From the NCBI RefSeq assembly GCF_009914755.1, contig NC_060933.1: a DNA stretch of 64,000 nucleotides; one strand, 5' to 3'. The notes below the pieces were generated by a model that was not told the DNA's origin, ran no database searches, and saw only the letters and a program-made list of their open reading frames with translations. The translations under genes were made by a program, and so were the position numbers. Shown here in pieces: positions 28,304 through 41,545 of the stretch (position 1 is its first letter; each line of letters opens with the position of its first letter). Origin of the DNA: the human T2T-CHM13v2.0 reference genome, Homo sapiens.

Positions 28304-28680
28304 TGTGGCAGTTTATCTCCAAAGATGGCAGACCTTCCTGTTGGCACAAGCCACTCACCATTGAAGGTGAGGATTCCTCCATCTCGAGTTGAGGTGATCA
28401 GTAGAACATGGCAAAAGTGACTGTGTGCCAGTTCTAAGCCTAGCTTTAAGATTGCCTCCACCTTTTAAGCTCTGAGCCACCAGAGAATCCAGGCTACTCT
28501 GTTGGAGGGAGAGGCCGTGGGAGGAACACTGGCAAGCTTGACTTACGAGTGAGGAAGCCATCGTGGATAATCAGCTTAGCAGAGCCTGGACTCCAGCTCT
28601 GGCTTCCATCTGACTGCAACCCTTGAGGATCCAAAAGAAGAAATTGAAGCCATTATCTGTTTGTTTTAAAATATGAACCA
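28304..28680 (+). mobile_element. Old MLT1 MaLR LTR within ancient L1M fragments
   Basis: tgtggcag...ccaaagatggc and aagtgactgtgtgccagttctaagcctag. Confidence 0.55.
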
Positions 28681-29252
28681 AAACATGACTGAGGCAGATA
28701 TCTCAAATAAAAAGGAATAGCTACCATTTTAGGGAACTGGAAAACTAAACTAACTATAAACCAAATTTATAAGTTTAATATAATGAAATTCCAATGGAAT
28801 TTGTTTTCTATGAGAATTTTAAGATTCCAGGAATTATTTGAAAGGACAAACAGATAAGAATAATCAGAAATGTTTTGAAAAGGTAGCATAACCGATTTAG
28901 GGAAGTAAGGGGTTTAGGACGCCACCTTCATTATATGCTACATTCTGATTTATATTTTTCTATTTAAAAAAATAATATTTAAGACATAGAAACAGCAAAT
29001 GTGGTAGTTTATTGTTTAATATACTTAATATATATAGAACTCATACATATTGGCAGGAGAAATGTTAATGACCCTAGAGAAATGAGCAAAGGAAATAATA
29101 TATGGGCAGTTTACAAAGTAGGAAATATAATCAACTAACTAGTAAATATAGGGAACACACCCCATTTACAAATAATAAACAATATGAATTAAGACAAAAA
29201 GATTTTTCTTTTGAGAATAAAATTGTCAATGTTTTCAAAACATACTATTTGA

Positions 29253-29640
<388 letters not shown>

Positions 29641-29699
29641 TCATCACTGAATTATTTATGATGACAAAACTTGGAAAGTACCTAAATATTTAGTATTAC

Positions 29700-30418
29700 T
29701 GAAACTGCCTTTGCAAAAACTATAGTAAGAAGGGAAATGTGACATAACTGAGTCCATCTTGCTTCTACCAGGCTCAGCTGCTTTTGCTCCTTCTTGTGTG
29801 GAGGCCATAACAGTTCTTTTTCTGAACTGATACCCTCGTTCAAAAATGGAAACCGTATTTGTAAATACTAACAAAAGGTCATAAGGTTAGACTTATGGTA
29901 AGGGCTTGAACTTTGCTAAAGAATAGGCATAGTTAAATAATGACCTGGCATTGCTTAACTTGCTTTTCTATACGTTGCTTACTGCTCCAGATCCATTTAA
30001 CGAGGGTCACAAGATTTATAACTTCCCCAACTACTCCCAGATAACTTCACTGTTGTGAAACCTAAAGAACTGGTCTTTGAGATATTTTTCACATTTAGCA
30101 TTTCAGCAGTCAGAGAAATGTTCCCTGGTCCTGAGATCCTCTCCTAGGAACTGACTCAGCTATGCAAAGACAGTTTAGACACTCCAGTGATTTCATTCTC
30201 AGCCAATCTTTTCAGTTCCCCAGGCCCTAGCCCACCAAATTATTCTTAAAACCCCTAGCCTCTGAATTGTTGGGAAGGTGGATTTGAGAAATTTCTCCTG
30301 TCCTTCTGCTTGGCTGGTCCTGTGATAACTAAACTCTTTCTTTGCTGCAACACCTGCTGTTCTCAATGTATTGTTTTTTGGGGGATGGCAGGCAAGAAGA
30401 ATCCATTGGGCTGTAACA
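29700..30418 (+). mobile_element. LTR8-family (LTR8A/B-like, ERV1) solo LTR
   Basis: tgaaactgcctttgcaaaa...gggctgtaaca; 4-bp TSD ttac/ttag. Confidence 0.8.
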
Positions 30419-32022
30419 TTAGAAGTAGCATTAATCAAGTATGTTATAGTCATATGATGAAATATTGTGCAGCCTTTATAATCTCCATAGATAGTTCTTA
30501 GTGTCTTGATAAATCTTCATTTAAGGGTAAAAAAATTAAGTTACAAAGTTGCATGTATATTTTATCCAAACTACATAAAAATATAGAGAAAATTTTAGAA
30601 ACTAGGGAAACTGCCAAAATGCTAGCACAGTTGGCCAATGAATGTTGAGATTCTAGGTGATTTTCTTCATCTTTACACTTTTTAGAATTATCCAATGTAA
30701 CAAGTGTGATGGTTTATCATCAGAAAAACCACAAGGAAAGAAACATATCATTTTAAAATGCATTTCAGGTCCATTTTCTTATTTACATGGGATTTGACTG
30801 TATCTTTAAATAAAAGAAATCTAATTAAAAACTCACAAATTTCAAAGGACTAAATATTATAAATATAAATAATGTGGGATGTATTTTTAGGGCACATAAA
30901 TCATTAACCATTGCATTATATATTTATGCTTTTAATTTTTTCAGCATTATTTCTAATATTTCTCATGTTATTTGTTTCCACATTAACAGCACAGCATACC
31001 ATGACAGTTGTTTGCCTTTATTTGCAATTTTGTTCACTTACTTCTAATGTCTTTTCCAAAGCAATTGATTTTGAGGCACGTTTTTAGCGCTGCTTCTGAC
31101 ACCCACATTTAATGAATGCTTGCATGACATTGTTATTGGATACAAATAACTTTTGATTATAATAACAGTGGATAGTTAAATAACAGAGAGTAGTGATTGA
31201 ACTCTTAACAGATGTTGTCGTGCACATAAACAAGCATATAATTCACACATACTGAAAAAGGAGAGAATATTTTCTTGCTAGAGACTTCACCATGTGGCCT
31301 TGCCATGAACACAGTTCACCATTCATTCGGTCTACTACATCTGCAATTATGCAAGTTTTGAAGAAATCTGAAAATATTTGGATTTATATTATCTCAAATG
31401 TTGTGCATAAATTGAGACTTGATTAATTTTTATATTATGGTCTCTTACGTTTCCTTAATCCACATTTGTATAAAGTGGGACAGCATTATAGAAAGTAAAG
31501 GGAATGCAGTTTATCATTCCATAGCTCTAAGCATTGGTAAAGAAATACAGAGGATTAGGAAGCCATGGGGTCATTTCCAAGCAGGGAAATGGAAGAAAAT
31601 TGCAACCCGTTTATTTTGAACTTCTCCTCTTAAACTGGATGTTTATTATAGCTCATCTCAATTTCAATTAAAGATACCTTCTCTTGAAAGTACCTCCATC
31701 ATTTCCCAAAGAACCAGAACAGCGGAAAAGTTGGAAAGAAGGTACATTAGAGAACTGATCCAAAGCTGGCTGTTAGAAACTGAGAAAGTTTTTAACAGAG
31801 AATTGTTTCACAATACATGGACAAGGCGTCCATGTATTGTTTCAGAGTAAAGAAGAAACTATATCCCTTTAACAGCAGTTAGTCCCTGAAATGGCAGGAT
31901 TGCCTGTCCTACTACTGGGACTCTATGCACTGGTATGGATGTGGCATTGCTAAAATATTGAGATTTCTGTGCTGGTTGGAAATGAGCTGTGGCCTCAAGT
32001 CCCCCGGGACCCTGGACTTCCT

Positions 32023-32957
32023 GGATGCATTATGACTTTCCTGAGCCCTAAGCACTTTTGCCTTCATGGGCCCCTTCCTCCACTAAAACAAACAAAGAAA
32101 TATATTTTACAACTGAGTTGATATAAAGACAAAAGTAATCCGAGTTAGACTATATTCTTCTTTTTTTTTTTTTGGATTTAAAGCTTATTAAAGAAATATC
32201 TAAACTACCTATTGGGTACTATGCTTATTACCTGGGTAACAAAATAATCTGTACACCAAACCCCCATGATATGAAATTTACCTACATAAACAAACCTGCA
32301 CATATACCTCTGAACTTAAAATAAAAGCTTTTTAAAAAGAAATATCTTTTTAGGCTATATTTCTCATTTTCATTTTGTAAAAAATACCCATCTTTTCTCC
32401 CCTCTTTTACGCAGTTTGAATCCTTACCTATTTTTGACTGCGTTACTGTATTTTATGGCCATGTGATATGACCACGTTATTCTTAACCCTCCTGAAATTA
32501 TTACTAACATACCAATGAGTGTTGTTATCACACAGTGTTCTTTTTTTAATCCCCCACTGGGAAGCACTCTTGGACTTCTATGCCCTATTTTAAGACCAAT
32601 TTTCTGTATAACAGCTGTCATCAGTTTCTTTGCTCTGAGGTGTTTATGGATATTATATTATCAGCATCATTTCTGGGCTTAGCTTTGAGTTTCTACAGAG
32701 TTTGTTTTTCAAAATGACATCCGCATTTTTTTATTGTGGTAAAATATGCATAACATAAAATATACATGATATAAAATTTACTATTTTAATCTTTTTTAGC
32801 ATATAATTCAATGGCATTAAGTACATTCCTGTTGTTATATTCATTTTTAAAGATTCTGATTTTAAAAGAAATTAAAATATGTTCACGGGCCCCTAAAAGT
32901 ATTGTGAGCCCTAGGCACTCTGCGTTCTGTGTCTGATGGCTAAGTTGTTTCAGCCTG
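32023..32957. mobile_element. ORSL-like hAT element split by insertions that include L1 3' ends
   Basis: Ends attatgactttc...gggccccttcctcca and gggcccctaaaagtattgtgagccctaggcact; 8-bp TSD gacttcct. Confidence 0.65.
32200..32335 (+). mobile_element. Short L1P 3' end
   Basis: actacctattgggtactatgct...aaacctgcacat...aaaataaaag; TSD aaagaaatatct. Confidence 0.8.
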
Positions 32958-33186
32958 GACTTCCTAGAAGCCAGATCAGTACCTGGCTGACTGGAGGCTT
33001 CTAGAACTTACTCAGTTGGCTTGGCTGAGAAATACTTAACCATCCCAGATGCAGATGCATCTTCGCTAAAAGTCAAGAGTTGGGCATGCAGGAATTACCA
33101 TTAGGAGCCCTTTATTGTTTAATGAGGCTCTTTCACCTCAAAGATACTCTCCAAAGAGGAATTGCCTTTGGTTTTCTATTTCCTAA

Positions 33187-33984
33187 TGATACGGACAGCA
33201 GGTAGGGAAATACTGGGTAGAAGAGGGCGATCTCCAGTGAGGATCACATCCTCAAGCCTGGACCTATGGCCCAAAATGAGAATATACATTCCTTTTTACC
33301 TGCCTGAACGTTGCCTTTTCCAAAGCCACCCTGGCCCGCCACAACCCCATCCTGTACCTATAAAAATCCTAGGCCTCACCAGCAGAGCAGCAGAGAAGGA
33401 GAGACGAGAAAAAGCAGTCAGACATTGGAGAGAAGCAGCTTGATTTCAGAGGGACAGTTCGTTGAGAGGACCTCAAAGAAGACTTCAGCCAGGGACAGCC
33501 GAACTCCAGGGGAAGATTATTTTCCCAATCCATCCCTTTCCAGCTCTCCATCCCACTGAGAGCCACTTCCACTGCTCGATAAAATGCTCCACATTCACCA
33601 TCTTTGATTTGTTTGTATGATCTGATTCTTCCTGGACACCATCTTCAATTTGTTTGTGTGATCTGATTCTTCCTGGACACTGAACAAGAGCTCAGGATAC
33701 AGAGGGCTGTCACACAGAGCTGTTAAACACTTAGCCATCCGTGGATGGCAAAGCTAAGACAGTACACTTTAACACATGCCCTCAGGGGCTCTGGGGGTCA
33801 TGGGCAACCCCTAGGCGCTTCCATGGGCTCGCACAGAGTTCTGCTCCTGCTGGTCACCCAGAAGCACTCATCCCAGCCTCTGCACTCACTTACCTACCTG
33901 CAAGGAGTTGAGAGCTGTGGGCTGAGTAAGCAAGCCACCCCTTCATGAGTCCCACGAAAGGGTCAAGGGAGCTATCCCATTATA
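33187..33984 (+). mobile_element. LTR1-family (ERV1) solo LTR
   Basis: tgatacggacag...gggaaatactgggtagaagagggc start; TSD ctaa/ctag. Confidence 0.8.
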
Positions 33985-35149
33985 CTAGGAAGGGTTGCCT
34001 ACCAGGTGCCTTGAAAAGAAGACAAGAGAAAGAATGGCTTGCTGAGAAACAGAAAGAGCTGGGACAGAAAGAGAATCCAGAACAGGGTGAAGATTCTATA
34101 GAAAGCCTCACTTGTCTGAATTACATTAGCTTTCAAATCCCAGTTATTTTAAGGCCCTCTCTTTGTATCTTTGCTTCATTCCATGTCCCTATTGTCTTCC
34201 CCATTTTCATTTCAGCATAGACAGTCTCTTTCTTTTTCTTTCTCCTCCTCCTTTCCCTCCTCCTCTTTTTCTTCTGTTATTTTAAAAAATAATAGCCTGG
34301 AAAATTGTTCAAGTTAATCTGGCCACATAGAAAAATGAAGTATAAAAGCCTTGTATTCTAAAGTGTGGTTTTTCCAAACTTGTACCTGGAAAATTAAGGC
34401 TGAAATTTAACTAAGTTCCAGGCTTATAATGTATTTTTATTACTTTCATTTTAGTGCTATTTTATTTGTACTTCATCTGACTATATCCACGATTTAATTT
34501 TCTTTGTCTTGTTAATTGCCTGACTCAATATTCACTAACAAATGAATAATTGCCATTTGCTTATTTATCTTATCGTGTATTATTGACTGAAATGAAATGA
34601 GTGAGAGTTTTAGAATCCTCTGCAAATAAGGTAGTGGTAGGGGGTAGAATTGGAGAGGAGGGAAGGGTCTTATAATCCCTGCCAGAGTGTCCCATAATGC
34701 TGCTGCTAGTTAACCATGGAAACAGGCTTCTTTGACTTGGGTTCAAAAGGATATGGTGGCCTTTCTAACCTAAATATCTTGTCTGAAAGATCTCAACACA
34801 TGTCATACATATGTGTGCTGACCTTATATTTATACTTGAAGGCTTGGTTTTATATAGTTTTATAAACAAACAGTTCTGGTTCTGAGTCTCATGTCATTCT
34901 GCCAGCTCTAAGAACCACATTTCCTAGGCCCCAGCTTCAACCTTAGGATCTGCTGGTTTTTGCTCATATAACTCCATAGAACTTCCATGGACTACCGAGT
35001 TGATTGGGAGACAATAGAATTTGCCTTATTGAATAAAATATACAGTTGCTGGTAGATGAGTAGAAGGAAGGAAGGAATGAAGCAAGGAAGCAAGGAAACA
35101 AGGAAAGGAGGGAGGACAGAAGAAATAAAGGGAGGAAGAGAGGAATGAA

Positions 35150-35380
35150 GTAACACTTATTGTCTACCATGTTCCAGGCACTGGCTTAGTTATCTTACAT
35201 GTATTAGCTCACTTAATCCTCACAACTGCCCCAGAATATCAACCTATTGGAATTACATACTGAGGAATCTGTGTCCCAGAGAGTTTAAGTATGAGTAATA
35301 ACACACCATGTAAGTGTTCAAAGTGAACTTGGGTCTGATTCCAAGTGCCATATTTGTAGCTACTTTGCAAAACACGACTC
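35150..35380 (-). mobile_element. MIR SINE preceded by GGAA-rich low-complexity sequence
   Basis: ccatgttccaggcactg...cttaatcctcacaac. Confidence 0.65.
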
Positions 35381-35439
35381 AAAACTTATATACTCCAACC
35401 TTTGTAGGCCTTGATCTCACTTTAAGACTAGAGTTAGAT

Positions 35440-35670
35440 GGACAGACACAGTGGATCACACCTGTATTCCCAGTACTTTGGAAGGCTGAGGTGGGCAGTT
35501 CATTTGAGCTTAGGAGTTCCAGGCCAGCCTGGTCAACATGGTGAAACACCATCTCTACTAAACATACAAAAGATTAGTTGGGCCTGGTGGCAGTGAGCCT
35601 AGATTGCACCACTGCATTCCAACCTGGGTGACAGAGTGAGACTCTATCTCAAAAAAAAGAAAAAAAAAAA
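35440..35670 (+). mobile_element. Alu with an internal right-arm deletion
   Basis: Deletion junction tggtggcagtgagcc; TSD aagactag(a/g)gttaga. Confidence 0.85.
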
Positions 35671-35688
35671 AAGACTAGGGTTAGACAG

Positions 35689-35991
35689 TGTGATGGTTAA
35701 TTTTCTGTGTTAACTTAACTAGGTTATTTGCCCTGTAGTTTAGTCAAATACTTCTCTAGATGTTGTTGTGGAGGTCTTTTGTAAATGTGATTAACATTTA
35801 CAATCAGTTAACTTTTAGTAAAGATTATTCCAAATAATGTAAGTGGGGCTCATTGAATCAGTTTATAGCCTTAAGTGCAAAAAACTAAGGTTTTCTGGAA
35901 AAAAAGGAATTCAGTCTCAAGATTGTAACATAGAAATCCTTCCTGAGTTACTTGCTGGCCTCCACAATCATGTGAGCCAATTCCTTAAAAT

Positions 35992-36065
<74 letters not shown>

Positions 36066-36105
36066 TCTATTGGTTCTGTTTCTCTGGAGATCTTTGACTG
36101 ATACA
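35689..36105 (+). mobile_element. MLT2D-like ERVL LTR containing a (TC)n(TG)n microsatellite at 35995-36063
   Basis: tgtgatggttaatttt...gactgataca; TSD gacag/gacac. Confidence 0.8.
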
Positions 36106-36460
36106 GACACAGTGATCTTTCCAAGCTCTCTGGCTCTCAGATTCTACTATTTGATTTGATTTGATTCTGTCTCAATGATCTTTTCCCATTGAAATAGTAA
36201 TTTATTTATGACCAAGTATCCTTTCGGATTAAAGACCTTGGTAGACATTTAATTCAAACTTAGTTGAAAATTAAATGTTAATTATACTTAATTATAAATT
36301 AATTATTTTAACTTCCTGCTCATCTTGTGTATCACCAACAGTAGAGAAATTGTGGGGTCTTAATTCTCAGGAAACGGATTGTTTTTTAGAGTTGTATTCT
36401 TTTAGTAGAGAGATACCCTATTTCTCCAGAAACTTAACTTTTGCCTTATGTTGCCTCTGA

Positions 36461-36757
<297 letters not shown>

Positions 36758-37407
36758 TAAGGAGAAATAAAGTTTTAAAGATTGAGAAGCCTAGGCCTCA
36801 AATTGATATACAGTCCATTAAGTCATTCCATTATAAAACAGTGGCAAAGGTAAATGTCCTCACATAATATAGACTGAAGAATAAGAAAAATCGTATTTGT
36901 GTTTTATATGATTGAAGTGATAGAACCAATCAATTTTGTGCATTAGAAACAAACAAATATATCAACAGCTAATGTTTAATTGTGTATTGCTTAGTTTTTG
37001 ATGCTGGCCATAACAAAAATTTGTGTGATATTAATCTTTAAAAGTCAATTTATTTGTGAAGTGTTCATTTACATAGATCTTCATATTTTTTGTAGTGAAA
37101 CCTTACTATGTTGACTGGATTCATTAGTGGTAGAGATATTTATATTTCTATCCACAGCCTAAATTTCTTTGTACTTCCCATGGCTATTTCCCTGTAGCTA
37201 AGAGTCTCATGCTCTGTTAATATCTGTATTTGTTACAAATGCTTCTCCCTCCTAAAACTTTATCAAATAAATAGGAGTAGTAAATACTTCTTAAATACAT
37301 AAGAATATATCCCACTAGTTACATATTTGTTTAGCTACATTTGCCAATTATTCTTATGTTTGTGACACAATCATTGGAGGAAAAAATATCCAATAGAAAT
37401 AAAACTT

Positions 37408-37590
37408 GGCCAGGTGCGGTGGCTCACACCTGTCATCCCAATGCTTTGGGAGGCTTGAGATGGGAAAATGGCTTGAGGCCAAGAGTTCAAACCTGCAGTG
37501 AGCTATGATTGCACCACTGCACTCCAGGTTGGGTGACACATCAAGACTCTGTCTCTGAAAAAAAAATTTTGAAAAAATAAAAGAAATAAA
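37408..37590 (+). mobile_element. Monomer-length Alu (FRAM-like)
   Basis: ggccaggtgcggtggctcac...gactctgtctc plus an A-rich tail. Confidence 0.8.
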
Positions 37591-40185
37591 ATATTTTAAA
37601 TTTAGTGAAGTAAATGAACGAGGGAATCCACCTGAGATACCCATCCCCCATTGGTCCCCAGGGCAGATAAGGTAGGTTTGACTGTGGGGTAATTCTTCTT
37701 TTCCTCCCACCATTCTGCATGTGTGCTTAACTACCTTATTAGAGGAAGGCAAGTCTTCAGTCAAGTGCATGTAATTGGTAAAGACTTTTATACATGATGT
37801 ATGCTGGAAATAATGAAACAAAATATCACAACAATTTACTTTTATATCTATTTTCATTCCATCCAATGTGACATTCACATAAATAAGCTTACTAACTCAA
37901 ATATCATTTTAAAAGTAAATGGAACACTCAAAATGAGCATCCTTATAGGCATACTGGGGAAGAATGGTTTTTGCTGTGCTAATGCCAGGTGGCTAATAGC
38001 TATCTTTAATGGTGGACGCAAGGTTAGTTTGCACTGACTAATTTGGCCAGGAAACATAAACCATTATGCATTTTTATGGATGATCTGGATGAAGGAATTG
38101 AGACTATGCTTCCAAATTATCCTGTAATATTAAATTAGGCAGAGTTACTACGTTCCAGAAGGCAGTCCTAAAACTGAAAATGACCTTGAAAAATAAAACT
38201 ATCAGAAATGAAAGGTCCTAAAGAAAAAGGATGAAATCCTATATGAATGAGTAGAACCAAGGAATAGCCTACCAGAAGATTGAAAAAAATCAGCTAAGGA
38301 CTGGCTATACAGTTGACTAAGAAGTAGCATTATCATTTTACCGAAAAAAGGTGCAGGAGATAATGGTGCTTAGAGTAAGGATAGAGCATACAAGGGGCAA
38401 TGGGGGTGGAGGTGGAGTGGATACCAGGAGACCCCATTGTTTAAAGATACATTAATGCATTTTACTGATGTAAGTGGTAAAACCATGAGGGAAGGTGGGT
38501 TGGGGGAACCACTCACTAGGAGGACCCTCCTTTAACATCCTAACCTGCCTTGCCATGATCTGAGGAAGAAGAAAGAGAAGGAAGAGAACAAGAAGAAAAG
38601 AAAGAAGAATGCTTTCTTAACCAATCTTCTGAAAGCCAGTTTTCCCCTATGGTGATTCTTTTGTTGCAACTCCAGTGCTTCCTGTTTTGGCAGGGCCTAT
38701 TTTGCCCTCAGTATTCCTTTCTCTGGTGCTCTTTCTTTTCCTCCTTCTACCAGCATGTTTTATGGGACTCCCCCAACCCTTCACTGAAAATGCACCCTCA
38801 AGGGTGGCTAGAGGTTAATTGACATTGTTGTGTTTTGTCAGATGCTACTCTGGGTTAGGCTTCTTTGGAGCTTAGCAATTGTTGATTACCACCACATTCT
38901 TCAGCCTCCCTCCCTCTTCAGAGCCTATGACATTGCAACACTCTCTCCTAACCTCTCCTTGTCTGTCCTTCATGGCTTCTTTATGGACCCAATCATGGGC
39001 TTCCCCAACATTTGTGCCCCAGATCCCTGCACCTCTCATTTTACACAATCTCAGAGAATTCATCAATTGCCATGGCTGTATACCAATCAACATTGGGCAG
39101 GGGGTAATTTTAATTGTTGTATAATTTCGAACTTACAGGAAAGTTTCAAAAATGGCACAAGGAGCTTCCATATATTCTTTGCAGAGTTGATAGCTGTTTA
39201 CCATATGAAGGTAGGCTGAAGACATCATGCCCTTTTGCTCCTAAATAGTTCAATGTGTATCTCCTAAAAATAAGGATGAGTGTCTGTGGTACAGTTTTCA
39301 ATTTCAGGAAAATTGATACAGTGCAATTATACAATCCACAGTCCATGTTAAATATCATCCATGGTCCCAATAATGTTCTTTATAGCTATTTTTTCCCTGC
39401 CAGTGATCACTGCTGTGCATAGGGCACTGACTTCTCTCTAGGCCATCTGTCCCACAGCACTACCTTCCAAATAAACATTTTTTACTGATGTCATCTTAAA
39501 TTAAAAATGTCTAAAATGTGACTCATCATTTCCCCCCTAAAACAAATCATCCCCACCCCCATGTCTTTCTAATTCTTTTCAGTGTTATTATAACTCTCCT
39601 GGCCTTCCAGGCTTGAAGCTATGAATCATCTTTGGTTCTTTGTCCTCAGTTAGCTGTGTAAGTCCTTTATGTTCTTCCTGTGAAATGACTCTTTCATTCT
39701 GCATAAGCCTTTGTGCACTAATGCCCACTCATTCCACACATCAGACAAATTCTTCTGGTTACACTCATCTACCTGAAGGGCTCAGAAAAAGCTTGCAATG
39801 CTTGTCCTTCCTTAAGTAAACTCTGTCACAACTCTGTGTGTGTAGCACCGAATAGTGACCTAGCCAACAGTAACATATAGTAATTCACAAATCTGTTTCA
39901 ATACACACTTTCTTCCCATTCCCACTAGATACATGTTGAAGAGAGATTTACCTATTATGTTAGGGTGTGGAAAACATAACTGTCTGCAACTCACGTATGC
40001 AGAGGAAATTTATCTAACTGATATTTGACCTTCTTCTGGAGCCCACCACCAGTGGGAAAACATAAGTTCTTCAATCCATTTAAAGCTTAGTCTGATGCCA
40101 TAATTTAAATAGTTCTGCTTTCTATAGAAAGTGTTTAATCCCTCCTGAAGAAAACGCTCACTTTCTCAGAGATCCTCTCCCATCC

Positions 40186-40888
40186 TGTGTGTGCAGAGAA
40201 GAGCTAACATAGCAGAACTGAGACTACTATCCTTTCAAAGCCTGCTCACAATGTTGGTCCTTGATTGGCGTCTAGAAACTTGGCTTTCAGGATAAGAATT
40301 CCCTGATTAGAATGACCCACTGTGGCTAAAATGTTTGTGCAAACAATATGTTTTATGCTGAACACCTGTTTCCTTCTGGGAGTCTGAAATTTTGGGACAT
40401 GCTAGGCAGAGGCTGCCTACATGACCCAGCTCCCAGTAAAAACTCTGGGCACTGAGTCTGCAATTAGCTTTCCCAGCAGACAGCATGGCACAACTCACTG
40501 TTGGGGGATTTACACTCATCCTGTGTGACTCCACTGGGAGAGGACTCTTGGAAATTTGCACCTGGTTTCCTGTGGATGTCAGCCCATAGCCTTTGCTGAT
40601 TTTGCTTTGTATCATTTTTATGTAATAAATCAAAACCATGAGTACAACTATACAGGTGGTCCCTGACTTACGATGGTTCAACTTACAATTTTTTGACTTT
40701 ATGATGCATTTATTGGTATTAAATGCATTTCACCTTATGAGTTTATTTTTTACTTAGATGGGTTTATTGAGATGTAACTGCATTGCAAATTGAGGAGCGT
40801 CTGTATATAGGTGTGTGTGCATATACACACACAGCTGTGAGTCCTCCTAGATCATCAAACCTGAGGTGGTATTGGGGACCCCAATACA
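40186..40888 (+). mobile_element. MER68-like ERVL LTR
   Basis: ctaggcagaggctgcctacatgacccag, gtgtgactccactgggagaggactctt and ggggaccccaataca motifs. Confidence 0.7.
40653..40803. mobile_element. Short MER47 (Tigger5-type) MITE nested in the LTR
   Basis: TA|caggtggtccctgacttacgatgg...tgaggagcgtctg|TA. Confidence 0.8.
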
Positions 40889-41545
40889 CCATACTCTTTT
40901 CTCCCCTGAAAAAAGTATATTTTTCTCTCCTCATGACTATTGTTTTACACTAGTATGAGCAGAGTGGGTTGTTTGCAGCAACAAGAATGCAGCTTTCCCT
41001 ACAATGGCATCCAGATACATGAAGAGAAGGATGTGACTTAGCATCCTGATGCCAGAAGGGAGGAGGAGGGTTTTACGTGTGGTATTTTCTGCCTGTTCTG
41101 TTCTCTGAGGTGATATCCCTAGTCTACCTCATTGCTCTTTTCTTTGCTGGCATTAGTGGCCAAACTTTATAGACATTGTAACTGGCAATCTTTTTCTCTT
41201 TATCCTTGGGCTTGGTTGGAGCCCAGAAGGCCTGTCTGGGATGACTCAGCCTCATTTCCATTCCCATAGACACTGTACACCCCACAGACAACTTCTGTGA
41301 CTCTTATGCAGCCCCAGCTCCAATGGTCGGCTCTGCAGCCCCTGTTAGTATCCTCCTCTGCAGACTTGCAGCTACCTTAGGATCTCATCCATGCCACAGG
41401 AAAACAAAAGTGGCTCAAGATTGATGAGTCTTAGTGGTTCCCTCTGTCTGACCATGCTAGTGAAAGGAAAGGGCCATCTGAGAGTTGATCTGTTTCAAGA
41501 GTTTCCAACAGAAATGGGGGCCAGGAAGCTGCTATGTATTTTTTT

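Noticed and set aside
37354-37878. 174-aa minus-strand ORF
   Set aside because: It is partly antisense Alu monomer with no coding signature or homology I can recognise.
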